From positions 1 through 64,000 of the forward strand of contig JBBQZX010000024.1 of assembly GCA_038207335.1 (NCBI GenBank): 64,000 nt of DNA, given 5' to 3'. Both the position numbers and the translations under genes were made by a program. The DNA is from Chthoniobacterales bacterium (GTDB lineage Bacteria; Verrucomicrobiota; Verrucomicrobiia; Chthoniobacterales; Chthoniobacteraceae). This document shows, in pieces, positions 1 through 9,943 of this stretch (position 1 is the first letter of the stretch; every line of letters starts with the position of its first letter). The notes under the pieces are model-generated. The model had not been told where the DNA came from, ran no database searches, and saw only the letters and a program-made list of their open reading frames with translations.

Positions 1-1
1 T

Positions 2-655
2 ATGATCGACGAAGGCGTCATCGGCGACGTGCTTGAGTTCCACCACTACGGCGGCAATCGCGGCCCGCTTTTCCATCGCGCCGACAAGGTCGAAACCGTC
101 CCGACGGCCGAGGAAAAACGCGCGAGCTGGTTCTATCACGCGGCCCAGGGCGGCGGCTCGCTGCTGGATTACGCGGGGTCTGGCGCGACCGTCGGGACGT
201 GGTTTCAGGGCGGGCGCAAGCCGCTCGAAGTCACCTGCGTCATGGACATCCCGGACGGTCTGGAGGTGGACGAACACAGCATCACCGTCTGCCGCTACGC
301 GCATGGTTTATCGAAAATCGAGACGCGCTGGGGGACCTTTACCGACCCGTGGATTTTGCAGCCGCAGCCGAAGTGCGGCTTTGTGCTGTGCGGCACGCGT
401 GGGACGATCAGCGCGTACGATTACGCCACGACGATCCGGCTGCAGACCGAGGATGACCGCGAAGGCTCCGACCGCCCTGTGGACGAGGTGGGCGCGCCTT
501 TCCAAAACCCGATCCAATACCTGATCCACTGCCTCGAAACCGGCGAGCCCGTGACCGGCCCGCTCGCCCCCGACATCTGCCGCATCGGCCAGCAGATCGT
601 GGACAGCGCCCAACGCAGCGCCCGCGAGAAGCGCACGGTGCGGCTCGTGGAGTGA
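2..655 (+). CDS. Gfo/Idh/MocA-family oxidoreductase, C-terminal part (5'-truncated by the window edge)
   Basis: GGGSLLDY motif and C-terminal 'IVDSAQRSAREKRTVRL', typical of the GFO_IDH_MocA C-domain. Confidence 0.75.
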   Translation: MIDEGVIGDVLEFHHYGGNRGPLFHRADKVETVPTAEEKRASWFYHAAQGGGSLLDYAGSGATVGTWFQGGRKPLEVTCVMDIPDGLEVDEHSITVCRYAHGLSKIETRWGTFTDPWILQPQPKCGFVLCGTRGTISAYDYATTIRLQTEDDREGSDRPVDEVGAPFQNPIQYLIHCLETGEPVTGPLAPDICRIGQQIVDSAQRSAREKRTVRLVE

Positions 656-788
656 GATGGGCGACGGGCGACGCTAAACCGACCTCGTTTCCCTCGTTCT
701 CAAAACGGATTTGGAAATGAAGCCAAAAGAATTTGTCGGCGCGTGAATTCCAAAGGCGACACGGATCAAGGTCACTCATTTCAGGCTT

Positions 789-1247
789 TCAGATTTCCTT
801 CCAATGCCCATTCAGCAAGCACTCTACGATCACTTCAGACGAAGTGCCCGTGTAGTCCTCGTTCAAGAGGCACCAATTCAGAAACCAAATGATTGCGTTT
901 CGTTGCTCTGAATTCAGGAAGTGATAGCGATCCGCACGAAAGTCGGAAGATAGGCGATCTCCCACGGCATGAAGGTAATCTCCAATGATTTCGTGGGTCA
1001 TCATTGCCGGGAGATAGAAGCGCAATCCTTCAGCGTCCAGGTAGCTGTAGGACGAGAAACAACGATTGAGGTCAGCGGCGCTGATATTCTGCCAATCCAG
1101 TTTTTCGTCGTCTTGCCGGATCGCAAGACACTCCTCTTCGCTCTTCCAATCATCCATGGCGTTTGCCTGAAAGAGCCCGATGCCATTGCCAAGAACGACC
1201 CCTGAAAAGGCGTGTCGGATTGTCTCGATTAACTCGACCCCTCTCAC
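789..1247 (-). CDS. Hypothetical protein, DUF6714-like
   Basis: 152-aa ORF with 'YLDAEGLRFYLPAMM' motif; visibly more AT-rich than its neighbours. Confidence 0.6.
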   Translation of the reverse strand: MRGVELIETIRHAFSGVVLGNGIGLFQANAMDDWKSEEECLAIRQDDEKLDWQNISAADLNRCFSSYSYLDAEGLRFYLPAMMTHEIIGDYLHAVGDRLSSDFRADRYHFLNSEQRNAIIWFLNWCLLNEDYTGTSSEVIVECLLNGHWKEI

Positions 1248-1262
1248 AGGCGCAGCCTCTGG

Positions 1263-2765
1263 CTACATCAGATTCGCGGCCACTTCGGCCATCTCGCTGC
1301 GCTCGCCTTTGAAGAGATTCACATGCGCCATGAATGGCTGTCCCTGCAGTCGGTTGCGCGTGAAGACGAGGCCATTCGTGTGCGCATCGACGTACGGATT
1401 GTCGATCTGCGCGAGATCGCCGATGAGGATGATTTTACTCCCCTTCCCCATCCGCGTGACGAGCGTCTTCGCCTCGTGCGGCGTGAGCTGCTGCGCCTCG
1501 TCCACGATGAAAATCGCGCGCGGGATCGATCGCCCGCGGATGTGCGCGATCGCCTCGATTTCCAGCAGCCCCGCCTCCATGAGCGCCTGATACGGCCGCG
1601 CCGATTTGTCGTGCTGCTGCTGCGCCTCGATGCGCGGTGCGCCCGGCTGCGTCTTGCGACTGCTCTGCTTCTTTTTTTGAAATTGCTCCGGCTTCCGTGG
1701 CCTCGCGAGGAGCTGCTCCAGCGCGTCGTATGCGGGCTGCAGCCAAGGCCGCATTTTATCCTCCATCGTCCCGGGCAAAAACCCGATGTCGCGCCCCGTC
1801 GGCATGATAACCCGCGTGATGAGCATCTTCTCGTACTCACCGCATTGCACCTGCTCCAGCGCCGCGCCGACGGTCAGCAGCGTCTTCCCCGTGCCTGCCT
1901 TTCCATAGACCGTGACGAGCGAAATATCCGGGTCGTAAAGCGCATCGAGCAGGAACCGCTGGCCGAGATTCGCCGCCTGAAAAGTGCGCCCGCCGCGTAT
2001 CACGATGTGGTCGTGCCGCAGCCGCCGGAACTCCCCACCGCGCAGATGCCGCGCGGGCACGCCGTGGCTCGGCTCCTCGTCGTTTCGCAGCAGCACGTAT
2101 TGGTTCGGAGAAAAATCGCGCGCGTCGCCGATGATAATCCTTTCCTGACTGGCAAAGGCCTGCAGCGTGTAGGCGGGAATATCGAGCGCGTCGTAATCCT
2201 CCGTCCCGCTCCGCTTTTGCGTGAGCCGGATGTCGCTGTCCTCTACGCGATCGGTGCGGTAATCCTCCGCCTCCAGCCCGAGGGTGCGCGCCTTGAGCTG
2301 CATGTTTATGTCCTTGGTCACGAGCACCGTGGCGGGGTGCATGTCGGCGACATACACGGCGCTCGCGAGGATGCGATTATCCGCCAGCGCGAAGTCTGGA
2401 AAAAGCGCGCGCACCATTTTGAATCGCGCCGATTCGTTCAGAACCTGCCAGCCCCGCGAGTCGAATTTGATGTGCGGATTTACGCACACGCGGAGCTGTC
2501 CGCCGCTCGGCAGCGACACGCCATTTTTCATGTCCTCCGCGGTCTTGAAACGCTCGTTCAGCCGCCGGTGCACTTCGCGCGCATTCGCGCCGCGCGTTGT
2601 CGATTCGCTTTTGAAACGATCGAGTTCCTCAAGCACCTCGACTGGAATCCAGACGGTATTTTCCTCGAACCGCAGCATCGACTGCGGATCGTGGATCAGC
2701 ACGTTCGTATCGAGGACATAATGTTTCGTGGCTGCGACCGGTTCCGCTTTTGAGGATTTTTTCAC
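1263..2765 (-). CDS. phoH: PhoH-family ATPase with N-terminal PIN domain (PhoH2/YlaK-like)
   Basis: PIN motifs YVLDTNVL and LVTKDINM; Walker A GKAGTGKT; RGRS and DEAQQ motifs. Start set at GTG 2765 because the longer ORF N-terminus is translated heptamer repeat. Confidence 0.9.
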   Translation of the reverse strand: MKKSSKAEPVAATKHYVLDTNVLIHDPQSMLRFEENTVWIPVEVLEELDRFKSESTTRGANAREVHRRLNERFKTAEDMKNGVSLPSGGQLRVCVNPHIKFDSRGWQVLNESARFKMVRALFPDFALADNRILASAVYVADMHPATVLVTKDINMQLKARTLGLEAEDYRTDRVEDSDIRLTQKRSGTEDYDALDIPAYTLQAFASQERIIIGDARDFSPNQYVLLRNDEEPSHGVPARHLRGGEFRRLRHDHIVIRGGRTFQAANLGQRFLLDALYDPDISLVTVYGKAGTGKTLLTVGAALEQVQCGEYEKMLITRVIMPTGRDIGFLPGTMEDKMRPWLQPAYDALEQLLARPRKPEQFQKKKQSSRKTQPGAPRIEAQQQHDKSARPYQALMEAGLLEIEAIAHIRGRSIPRAIFIVDEAQQLTPHEAKTLVTRMGKGSKIILIGDLAQIDNPYVDAHTNGLVFTRNRLQGQPFMAHVNLFKGERSEMAEVAANLM

Positions 2766-2778
2766 GCGGCTGGAAGGT

Positions 2779-2875
2779 AATTGCCGATTGCCGATTGGCG
2801 ATTGCCGATTGGTAAAAATTGCGCGCTGGGTGCTCGTAACCGCAATCGACAATTGGCAATCGCTCATCGGCAATT
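2779..2875. repeat. Inverted pair of ATTGCCG heptamer tandem arrays
   Basis: ATTGCCG ATTGCCG ATTGGCG ATTGCCG (2780-2807) faces CGACAAT TGGCAAT CGCTCAT CGGCAAT (2847-2874) in the phoH/trxB divergent spacer. Confidence 0.8.
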
Positions 2876-2890
2876 CAACCTCCCCGCCCC

Positions 2891-3817
2891 ATGGAAAAAA
2901 TGATCATCGTCGGCACCGGCTGCGCGGGCCTCACCGCCGCCGTTTACGCCGCACGCGCGAATTTCGCACCGCTCGTCCTCGAGGGCCACGAACCGGGCGG
3001 ACAACTCAGCACCACGACGCTCGTGGAAAATTTTCCCGGCTTCAAAGATGGCATCGATGGCCCGGATTTGATCATGAACATGAAGGCGCAGGCCGAGCGA
3101 TTTGGCGCGCGTTTCGAATACACGACTGTCTCGGCTTTTGCGCAAAAAGCCGGGCACCTGAGCGTCGAACTCGACGGCAAATGGGTGGACACGCAGACGC
3201 TCATCATCGCCAGTGGCGCCTCCGCGCGATGGCTCGGGTTGCCCGGCGAGAAGCAGCTAATCGGCCACGGACTCACCTCCTGCGCGACGTGCGACGGCGC
3301 ATTTTACCGGAACGTCCCGGTCTGCGTCGTCGGCGGCGGCGACTCCGCGTGCGAGGAGGCGTCGTTCCTCACGCGCTTCGCCTCGAAGGTCTATCTCATC
3401 CATCGTCGCGAAACGCTCCGGGCCTCGAAAATCATGGCCGACCGCGCGCTCGCGAATCCGAAAATCGAGCCCATCTGGGACAGTGCGCCGACCGAATACC
3501 TCACCGACGAGCAGGGTGAGACATGCGGCATCAAACTCAAAAATCTGAAGACCGGCGCAGAGAGTGAACTGGAGGTAAAATGCGTCTTTGTTGCCATCGG
3601 TCATGTGCCAAATACCGCGCCGTTCAAAGGTCACCTCGACATGGACGAAAACGGATACCTCCTCCAGCAGCGTGGCACGCATACAAATCTCCCCGGCGTC
3701 TTCGCCGCAGGCGATGTCGCGGATCACGTCTATCGCCAGGCCATCACCGCCTCCGGCCAGGGCTGCGCCGCCGCCCTCGACGCCGAGCGTTACCTCGCGG
3801 ACATCGGAGCGGAATGA
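2891..3817 (+). CDS. trxB: Thioredoxin-disulfide reductase
   Basis: GTGCAGLTAA FAD motif, CATC active site, GGGDSA, GDV..YRQAITA. Confidence 0.96.
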   Translation: MEKMIIVGTGCAGLTAAVYAARANFAPLVLEGHEPGGQLSTTTLVENFPGFKDGIDGPDLIMNMKAQAERFGARFEYTTVSAFAQKAGHLSVELDGKWVDTQTLIIASGASARWLGLPGEKQLIGHGLTSCATCDGAFYRNVPVCVVGGGDSACEEASFLTRFASKVYLIHRRETLRASKIMADRALANPKIEPIWDSAPTEYLTDEQGETCGIKLKNLKTGAESELEVKCVFVAIGHVPNTAPFKGHLDMDENGYLLQQRGTHTNLPGVFAAGDVADHVYRQAITASGQGCAAALDAERYLADIGAE

Positions 3818-3848
3818 ACCGCCGGATGGCGACGTCAGAATTTAGCGC

Positions 3849-5057
3849 GTGAAGATTTGCGACCTCACGCAGTTTTACTCACCAAAGAGCGGTGGAGTGA
3901 AAAGGTATGTCGCCGAGAAGGTGCGCTACATTCGCGAGCAGACACCCGACGATGACCACATCCTCATCATCCCCGGCGAGCGCGACGAAGTCATCGAGAC
4001 CGAGCGCGCCCGGACTTACACGATCCAGTCGCCACTCGTCTCCCGCACCTCCCGGTACCGTGCGCTGCTCCGGTTGGGTGCCATTGAGCGAGTCTTGGAA
4101 AAAGAGCGCCCCGATATCATCGAGTCCGGCGACCCGTATCAGGTCGCTTGGAAGGCTGTCTATTCCGGTTCAGCGCTGGAGATTCCGGTTGTCGGATTCT
4201 ACCACTCCCACTTTCCCGAAGCCTACCTCCGCACAGCCGAAAAGTATCTCGGCCGCACCGTCACGGACTTCGTCATGGATGGCGCCAAGCGTTACATCCG
4301 CAAGCTCTACAACCGCTTCGCCCGCACAATCGTCCCCTCACCCGCGCTAGGTCTGCTTTTGAAGGAATGGGGCGTCGCAAACACAGTCCCGATCGACCTG
4401 GGAGTGGACACTGGCACCTTTCACCCGAACTCGAGCGAAAATGGAGCTGTCCGTGCGGAACATGGCATTCCGAATGACTGCACGCTCCTGCTGTATGTCG
4501 GGCGACTAGCTCAGGAAAAGAACACGCACACGTTGTTCGAGACCTTCCGACTTCTGGAAGAAGTCCATCCCGGAAGCTACCATCTCTTCGTCGTCGGAGA
4601 CGGCTTACAAGCCAAGGAACTAGATCAACTCCGCATCCGGATGAGTGCCGTCGCTCACCCCTCACCAGTCACGTGGCTACCCTACTGTGCCGATACTGCA
4701 AAGCTCGCACAACTCTACCGTGCCGCCGACCTTTTCGTGCATCCCGGGGTGCAGGAGACCTTTGGCCTCGTCACGCTCGAAGCACAGGCTTGCGGCACGC
4801 CGGTTATCGGCATCCACGGCAGCTACATGGACCGCATCATCCATAGTGATCAGACCCTCTGGGCTCGTGAAAACTCCGCTACCGCTCTTGCCGCGGCGAT
4901 AGTAGAAACATCCCGAAATGATTCTCGACACGACGGCGCGCTCCTCCATGAGCACGTCGCGGCGAAATACTCCTGGACGGAGACTTTCACAAAACTCTTC
5001 GCGATCTACCGTGAAGTCATCGCCGAGGCGCGATACTCTCCTGCCCACCACGCATGA
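3849..5057 (+). CDS. Glycosyltransferase, GT4 / GT-B fold
   Basis: N-terminal SGGVKRY, YVGRLAQEKN and ETFGLVTLEAQACGTPVI motifs. Confidence 0.9.
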   Translation: MKICDLTQFYSPKSGGVKRYVAEKVRYIREQTPDDDHILIIPGERDEVIETERARTYTIQSPLVSRTSRYRALLRLGAIERVLEKERPDIIESGDPYQVAWKAVYSGSALEIPVVGFYHSHFPEAYLRTAEKYLGRTVTDFVMDGAKRYIRKLYNRFARTIVPSPALGLLLKEWGVANTVPIDLGVDTGTFHPNSSENGAVRAEHGIPNDCTLLLYVGRLAQEKNTHTLFETFRLLEEVHPGSYHLFVVGDGLQAKELDQLRIRMSAVAHPSPVTWLPYCADTAKLAQLYRAADLFVHPGVQETFGLVTLEAQACGTPVIGIHGSYMDRIIHSDQTLWARENSATALAAAIVETSRNDSRHDGALLHEHVAAKYSWTETFTKLFAIYREVIAEARYSPAHHA

Positions 5058-5728
5058 AGCCCGACCGCCAGTTTGAAATCCGCAAATACCAGCCCTCCGA
5101 TCGCGCGCGCGTCCGTGAGCTTTGCTGCCTCACCGGCTTCCTCGGCAATCCCGTCGATCCCATTTTTGAAGATCGCGAACTCTTCGCCGACTACCTCACC
5201 GCTTACTACACCGACTGGGAACCGGAGTCCGCATTTGTGCTGCTCGTCGAGGGAGACATCCGCGGATACCTGCTCGGCTCGCGCCACTCCTACCGTCAGC
5301 AATGCTACAACTTTTACAGCAACATCGCGCTCTTCCTCCGAGGCATGTTCCGCTACCCCTCATACAACGCCGCGTCGAAGAAGTTCGTGCATTGGATTTT
5401 CATGCAAGCATGGAAAGAAGTGCCCGCCGCACCGCGCCGCACTGCGCACTTTCACATCAATCTCCTCGCCGATGCTCGCCAGGTCGCAACCACGCGCGCG
5501 CTGATGGATGCCTACCTCAAGTACCTTCACGACCACGGCGAGAAAGCCGTATTCGGCCAGATGGTCGTCTTTGAAGATCGGCGCGGCACGAAGATGTTCG
5601 AACGCTATGGCTTCCGGGTCTTGAACAAGATGGAAGTGACCAAATACCGCGACCTGCACCCCGAACCCGTGTATCTTTGCACAGTCATCAAAGACCTCGA
5701 CGAGAACAACCAGCTCTACGCGAGGTAG
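5054..5728 (+). CDS. GNAT-family N-acetyltransferase
   Basis: Overlaps the glycosyltransferase stop (ATGA); IRKYQPSD, AHFHINLL and FERYGF GNAT-like motifs. Confidence 0.75.
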   Translation: MKPDRQFEIRKYQPSDRARVRELCCLTGFLGNPVDPIFEDRELFADYLTAYYTDWEPESAFVLLVEGDIRGYLLGSRHSYRQQCYNFYSNIALFLRGMFRYPSYNAASKKFVHWIFMQAWKEVPAAPRRTAHFHINLLADARQVATTRALMDAYLKYLHDHGEKAVFGQMVVFEDRRGTKMFERYGFRVLNKMEVTKYRDLHPEPVYLCTVIKDLDENNQLYAR

Positions 5729-5742
5729 CTCCTGTGAAAGTG

Positions 5743-7167
5743 CTACCCGGATGCCGGCAGCGCTTTCAGGTCGGCGCGTTTTTGCTCGTAGGTCTCGTGG
5801 TAGGCGAGGACTCGCGGGTCAGGTTCGATGCTTTGTGCCCGGCAGTAGTCAAGATAGACATCGGGCCACCAGTTGTGGTGCGCGGTCAGGCCGGCGTCGC
5901 GCCAATCTCGCCAGCCGACGACGACCTTTGACCAGCAGCGGTCGCCCCACTCGACGGCTTCCTTCGCGTTCTCGAATTGAGAGACATACCAATCACGCCC
6001 GACTCGCGCGTGCAAGACTTCATCGGCCCAGTCGTAGTCCTGAAAGAGCGACGCGAGCGGATTGCCCGCGGCGCGCGCGGTTTCCCATTCAAAGCGTTTG
6101 CCAGTCTTCGGCATGAGACCTTGCTCGATGAAGTAGAGGACGCCGTGGCGTTCCTTTGCGGTGAGCTGCGTGTTGAGACCGTGCGACCAAGTGAAGTTGA
6201 CCATTACTTTTGTCCAATCAACTCCGAGACTCACGAAACCAACCTCGCCCATCATCGCGTGCCTCGCCTCGTCCCAGAGCTGGCGGGTCATGTCGCGGTA
6301 GTAGCCCCACGGTTTGCCGGGCGTTTCCGCGAGGATCGCGGCCATCATCTCCGGCACGTCGATCTCGCGGAGGCGCTTGTAGAACATCATCAGCACCTTT
6401 GGCTCCGGCGGCTGTGTGGGATCGTAGAGAAATGCCTCGGCATTCACGCCCATGTTGTACGGATCGGGAAAGCGCTCGTCGCGCCGCGGCGTGGAATCGT
6501 AGACGAAAGGCTTGCCCGAGTAGTGGCGGACCAGCGGAGTACAATTTTCAGGCGCAGTGCCGGAGAATCCGCCAGCGACCGCAAGCGCGCGATCAAGCAG
6601 TTGCTGCCATTCATATTTTCCTCCGCTGAGCGCGGAGCGCGCGCGGGCCCCGTAGTCCGCCATTTCACGGAGTTCGAGCAGTGCAAATTTCACGAGCCTC
6701 ACGGTGGGCGCATCGGCGAGCGGATTGGTCGTGGAGCTGTGCTCCTCCATCGCCGCGACGAGAGCCGGGATCGCTTTTTCATATAGCCCGGCGACGAGGT
6801 CGGCGGTCGTCGGCACGGCGCGGATTTCATCGAAAAAGAGCGCGAGATTTTCATCAGGCACCACGTCCAACCCGAGCGGCGGTTCGCGCATTTCGCCGAC
6901 TCGCTGCCGCAATGCAGCGACGTGCTCAGCGCAATAGTAGGAGTGGGTCGCGAACGCCATTTTCAACTCGTAGATCGGCTCGGCGGTGAGGCGGGCGAGG
7001 AAGATTTCGTGCAATCGCTTGAAGGCGTAGTGGTAGCGCTTCAGCCGCCGCACGCACTCTTCGACTGATAGACCGGGACGCATCGCCTCGGGAAAAGTCG
7101 CGAGCCCCGCGAGCGGCGGGAGGCCATGCAGCGGCTGGTGCTCTTGAGCTGCCTTCACGGGGTTCAA
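5743..7167 (-). CDS. Ferritin-like (DUF455-like) diiron protein with two helical-bundle domains
   Basis: C-terminal half has REID, DEARH, IEQG and DEVLH (E..ExxH..E..ExxH); probable TTG start overlaps the upstream stop (start uncertain). Confidence 0.65.
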   Translation of the reverse strand: MNPVKAAQEHQPLHGLPPLAGLATFPEAMRPGLSVEECVRRLKRYHYAFKRLHEIFLARLTAEPIYELKMAFATHSYYCAEHVAALRQRVGEMREPPLGLDVVPDENLALFFDEIRAVPTTADLVAGLYEKAIPALVAAMEEHSSTTNPLADAPTVRLVKFALLELREMADYGARARSALSGGKYEWQQLLDRALAVAGGFSGTAPENCTPLVRHYSGKPFVYDSTPRRDERFPDPYNMGVNAEAFLYDPTQPPEPKVLMMFYKRLREIDVPEMMAAILAETPGKPWGYYRDMTRQLWDEARHAMMGEVGFVSLGVDWTKVMVNFTWSHGLNTQLTAKERHGVLYFIEQGLMPKTGKRFEWETARAAGNPLASLFQDYDWADEVLHARVGRDWYVSQFENAKEAVEWGDRCWSKVVVGWRDWRDAGLTAHHNWWPDVYLDYCRAQSIEPDPRVLAYHETYEQKRADLKALPASG

Positions 7168-8504
7168 ATGCGCTCGAAATATCGGCGGCGCTCCCAATCG
7201 GTCACAGCGGCGTCGAATGCGTCGGCCTCAAGCTGCGCGGTGTGGACGTAGAAATCAACGACTTTGTCGGTGAGCGCGGCGCGCGCGATGGCGCCGCGAT
7301 CAAGCAGCAGAGCGGCTTCGCGGAGCATTGTCGGCAGGCCGGGCAGCGAGTCGTCGGTGTAGGCGTTGCCGCGATACAGCGGCGGGCAGGCGAGCTTTTC
7401 CTCCACGCCTGCGAGGCCTGCGGCGAGCATCGCGGCAAAGGCCAGATACGGATTCGCATCCGCGCCGGGCATCCGATTTTCCACGCGAAATGCGGGTCCG
7501 TTGCCAACGACACGGAAGCCGACCGTGCGGTTGTCGAATGCCCACGCGAGCTTCGTCGGCGCCCAGCTCGCGGCTTGGTATCGCTTGTAGGAGTTGATCG
7601 TCGGCGCGAAAAAGTAGCTGAACTCGCGCGAGTATTTGATGAGTCCGGCGAGGAATTGCTGAAACAGCGGCGTGCCACTTTCGCCATCGGCGAAGAGGTT
7701 CGCATCGTCGCGCCAGAGGCTCAGGTGGATGTGGCACGAGCTGCCGACTTCCTTCGCCCACGGCTTCGCCATGAAGGTCATGCACTTGCCATTTTGCTCG
7801 GCGATTTGCTTCGCGCCTTGCTTGAAGACGCAGTGCAAATCCGCGATCGGCAGCGCGTCATCGTAGATGAAATTCGCCTCGTGCTGGCCGCAGCCCCACT
7901 CGCCTTTTGTGCTTTCGATCGGCACGCGCGCTAGTGGCATAAGATTGCGAATCGCACGCATGATCGGCTCGTCGCGCGCGGTCTGCATCGTCTGGTAATC
8001 GACCCGGTAATCGCTCGACGCGGTGAGGCCGCGGTAGCCGCGCTCGGAGGCATCGTGCGCGGTGTGGTTGAAAAGGAAAAACTCGAGTTCGCTCGCGAGC
8101 TTTGCGGTGAAGCCCAGCGCCTCCAGCCGCGCGAGCTGCCGCCGCAGGACGGATCGCGGAGCCTCTTCCACAAAGGATCCGTCGTCCTGATGCACGTCGC
8201 AGAGCACCATCGCCGCGCCACTTTCCCACGGCAAAATGCGAATCGTGTCGAGGTCGGGACGCATCTCGAAATCGCCGAATCCGCTCTCCCAATTCGCGAG
8301 CTGAAACCCGTCCTGCGGCTCCATCTCGATGTCCACCGCGAGGAGATAATTGCACGCGTGCGTGCCATGCTCCGCGACCGTGTCCATGAACGCCGAGGCG
8401 GTGAACCGCTTGCCCACGAGCCGCCCGAAGACGTCGGGAAAAACGGTGATGATCGTGTCGATCTCTCCGGCGGCGATTTTGGTTTTGAGTTCGAAGAGGG
8501 TCAT
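7164..8504 (-). CDS. Glutamine synthetase-like gamma-glutamyl-amine ligase (PuuA/GlnA4 type)
   Basis: GRLVGKR, ELEFFLF, GQHEANF, FMAKP, GSSCHIHLS, NSYKRY, ENRMPGADANPYL; context of ALDH and ADH genes. Confidence 0.88.
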   Translation of the reverse strand: MTLFELKTKIAAGEIDTIITVFPDVFGRLVGKRFTASAFMDTVAEHGTHACNYLLAVDIEMEPQDGFQLANWESGFGDFEMRPDLDTIRILPWESGAAMVLCDVHQDDGSFVEEAPRSVLRRQLARLEALGFTAKLASELEFFLFNHTAHDASERGYRGLTASSDYRVDYQTMQTARDEPIMRAIRNLMPLARVPIESTKGEWGCGQHEANFIYDDALPIADLHCVFKQGAKQIAEQNGKCMTFMAKPWAKEVGSSCHIHLSLWRDDANLFADGESGTPLFQQFLAGLIKYSREFSYFFAPTINSYKRYQAASWAPTKLAWAFDNRTVGFRVVGNGPAFRVENRMPGADANPYLAFAAMLAAGLAGVEEKLACPPLYRGNAYTDDSLPGLPTMLREAALLLDRGAIARAALTDKVVDFYVHTAQLEADAFDAAVTDWERRRYFERI

Positions 8505-8506
8505 GG

Positions 8507-9916
8507 CTAATCGGCGACGAAAATGTTCTTCAACTCAGTGTAACCTTCCATCGCGGCGAGGCCGAGGTCGCGGCCGATGCCGCTTTCCTTGAAGCCACCG
8601 AAGGGAGCTTCGACGTGGACGCTGGAATGGCTGTTGATGCTGATGACGCCGCTGTCGATGCGGCGTGCGACGCGGTGGGCGCGCTTGAGGTCATTCGTCC
8701 AAAGTGAAGCGCTGAGGCCGTAGGCCGAGTCGTTGACTTCGCGGAGCATCGCGGCTTCGTCGTCGAAGGGACGGATGCAGACGACGGGGCCGAAAATTTC
8801 CTCGCGCCAGATGCGGTCGGTCGGCTCGCAATCAAGCACCACGGCTGGTTTGAGGAAATAGCCGGGGCCGCTCGGTCGGTCGCCGCCGGTGGAAATTCGG
8901 CGTCTGCATTCCGAGAGAAAACGCTCGGAGTTTTCGCGTTGCGCGGCGGAGACGAGCGGGCCGATTTGTGTCTCGGGGAGCGACGGATCGCCGATGATCA
9001 GTGCCTGCGTCGCGGCGATGAATTTTTCCACGAATGGATCGAAAATGCTGCGCTCGACGAAGACTCGGCTGTGCGCGCAGCAGTCCTGGCCGGTGTTTGA
9101 GAAGACGCTCATCGGCGAAGATGTAACGGCAGCTTCGAGGTCAGCGTCGGCGAAAATAACGTTCGGCGATTTGCCGCCGAGCTCGAGCGAGATGCGTTTC
9201 AGGCCGGGCGCGGCGAGTTGCATGATGCGCGTGCCGATCGCGGTGGAGCCGGTGAATGAAATTTTGCGCACCAGCGGATGCTGCACGAGCGCGTCGCCGA
9301 GTGTGCCGCCCGCGCCGGGGAGGATTTGCAGGACGCCCGCAGGCAGACCGGCGGCGTGGGCGAGTTCGCCGAGGCGGAGGGCGGTGAGGGGCGAGAGACT
9401 CGCGGGCTTGAGCACGACGCAGTTTCCGGCGGCGAGCGCGGGGGCGGATTTCCAGCAGGCGATGGGGAATGGGAAATTCCACGGGACGATCGCGGCGACG
9501 ACGCCCATCGGCTGGCGGAGGGTGAAGTCAAAGCCGCCGCGCGCGACCGGGATCGTCTGGCCGCAGAATTTTCCGACGGCTCCGGCGTAGTATTCGAAGA
9601 CGCGCGCGCCGAGCGCGATTTCGTCACGCGCGTCGCTGATCGGCTTACCGATGTTGCGGGTTTCGAGCTGCGCGAGTTCATCGACGTGGGCGCGGACTTT
9701 GGCGGCGATGGCGAAGAGGATTTCGGCGCGTTTTCCGGGAGCGATGTCGCGCCAATGCTGTTCCCATGCGGTTTGCGCGCCGGTGACGGCGGCTTTGAGT
9801 TCGGCGAGAGTCGCGCTTTTTACCTCGGCGAAAATCTCCCCGGTCGCCGGATTCGTCAGCGTTAAAAGTTCGCCGCCCGCCGAGAAGTCTCCGTCAATGA
9901 AGGGTCGAGCGGTCAT
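8507..9916 (-). CDS. NAD-dependent aldehyde dehydrogenase (PuuC-like)
   Basis: PWNFP, FTGST, LELGGKSP, GQDCCA, EEIFGPV, PFGGFKESG motifs. Confidence 0.93.
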   Translation of the reverse strand: MTARPFIDGDFSAGGELLTLTNPATGEIFAEVKSATLAELKAAVTGAQTAWEQHWRDIAPGKRAEILFAIAAKVRAHVDELAQLETRNIGKPISDARDEIALGARVFEYYAGAVGKFCGQTIPVARGGFDFTLRQPMGVVAAIVPWNFPFPIACWKSAPALAAGNCVVLKPASLSPLTALRLGELAHAAGLPAGVLQILPGAGGTLGDALVQHPLVRKISFTGSTAIGTRIMQLAAPGLKRISLELGGKSPNVIFADADLEAAVTSSPMSVFSNTGQDCCAHSRVFVERSIFDPFVEKFIAATQALIIGDPSLPETQIGPLVSAAQRENSERFLSECRRRISTGGDRPSGPGYFLKPAVVLDCEPTDRIWREEIFGPVVCIRPFDDEAAMLREVNDSAYGLSASLWTNDLKRAHRVARRIDSGVISINSHSSVHVEAPFGGFKESGIGRDLGLAAMEGYTELKNIFVAD

Positions 9917-9943
9917 AGGTTCCGCAGAACGAGCAACTCAAAT

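Noticed and set aside
2766..2873. N-terminal extension of the PhoH ORF (NRQSPIGNRQ...)
   Set aside because: It is the translation of the intergenic heptamer repeat; the PIN domain starts right after GTG 2765.
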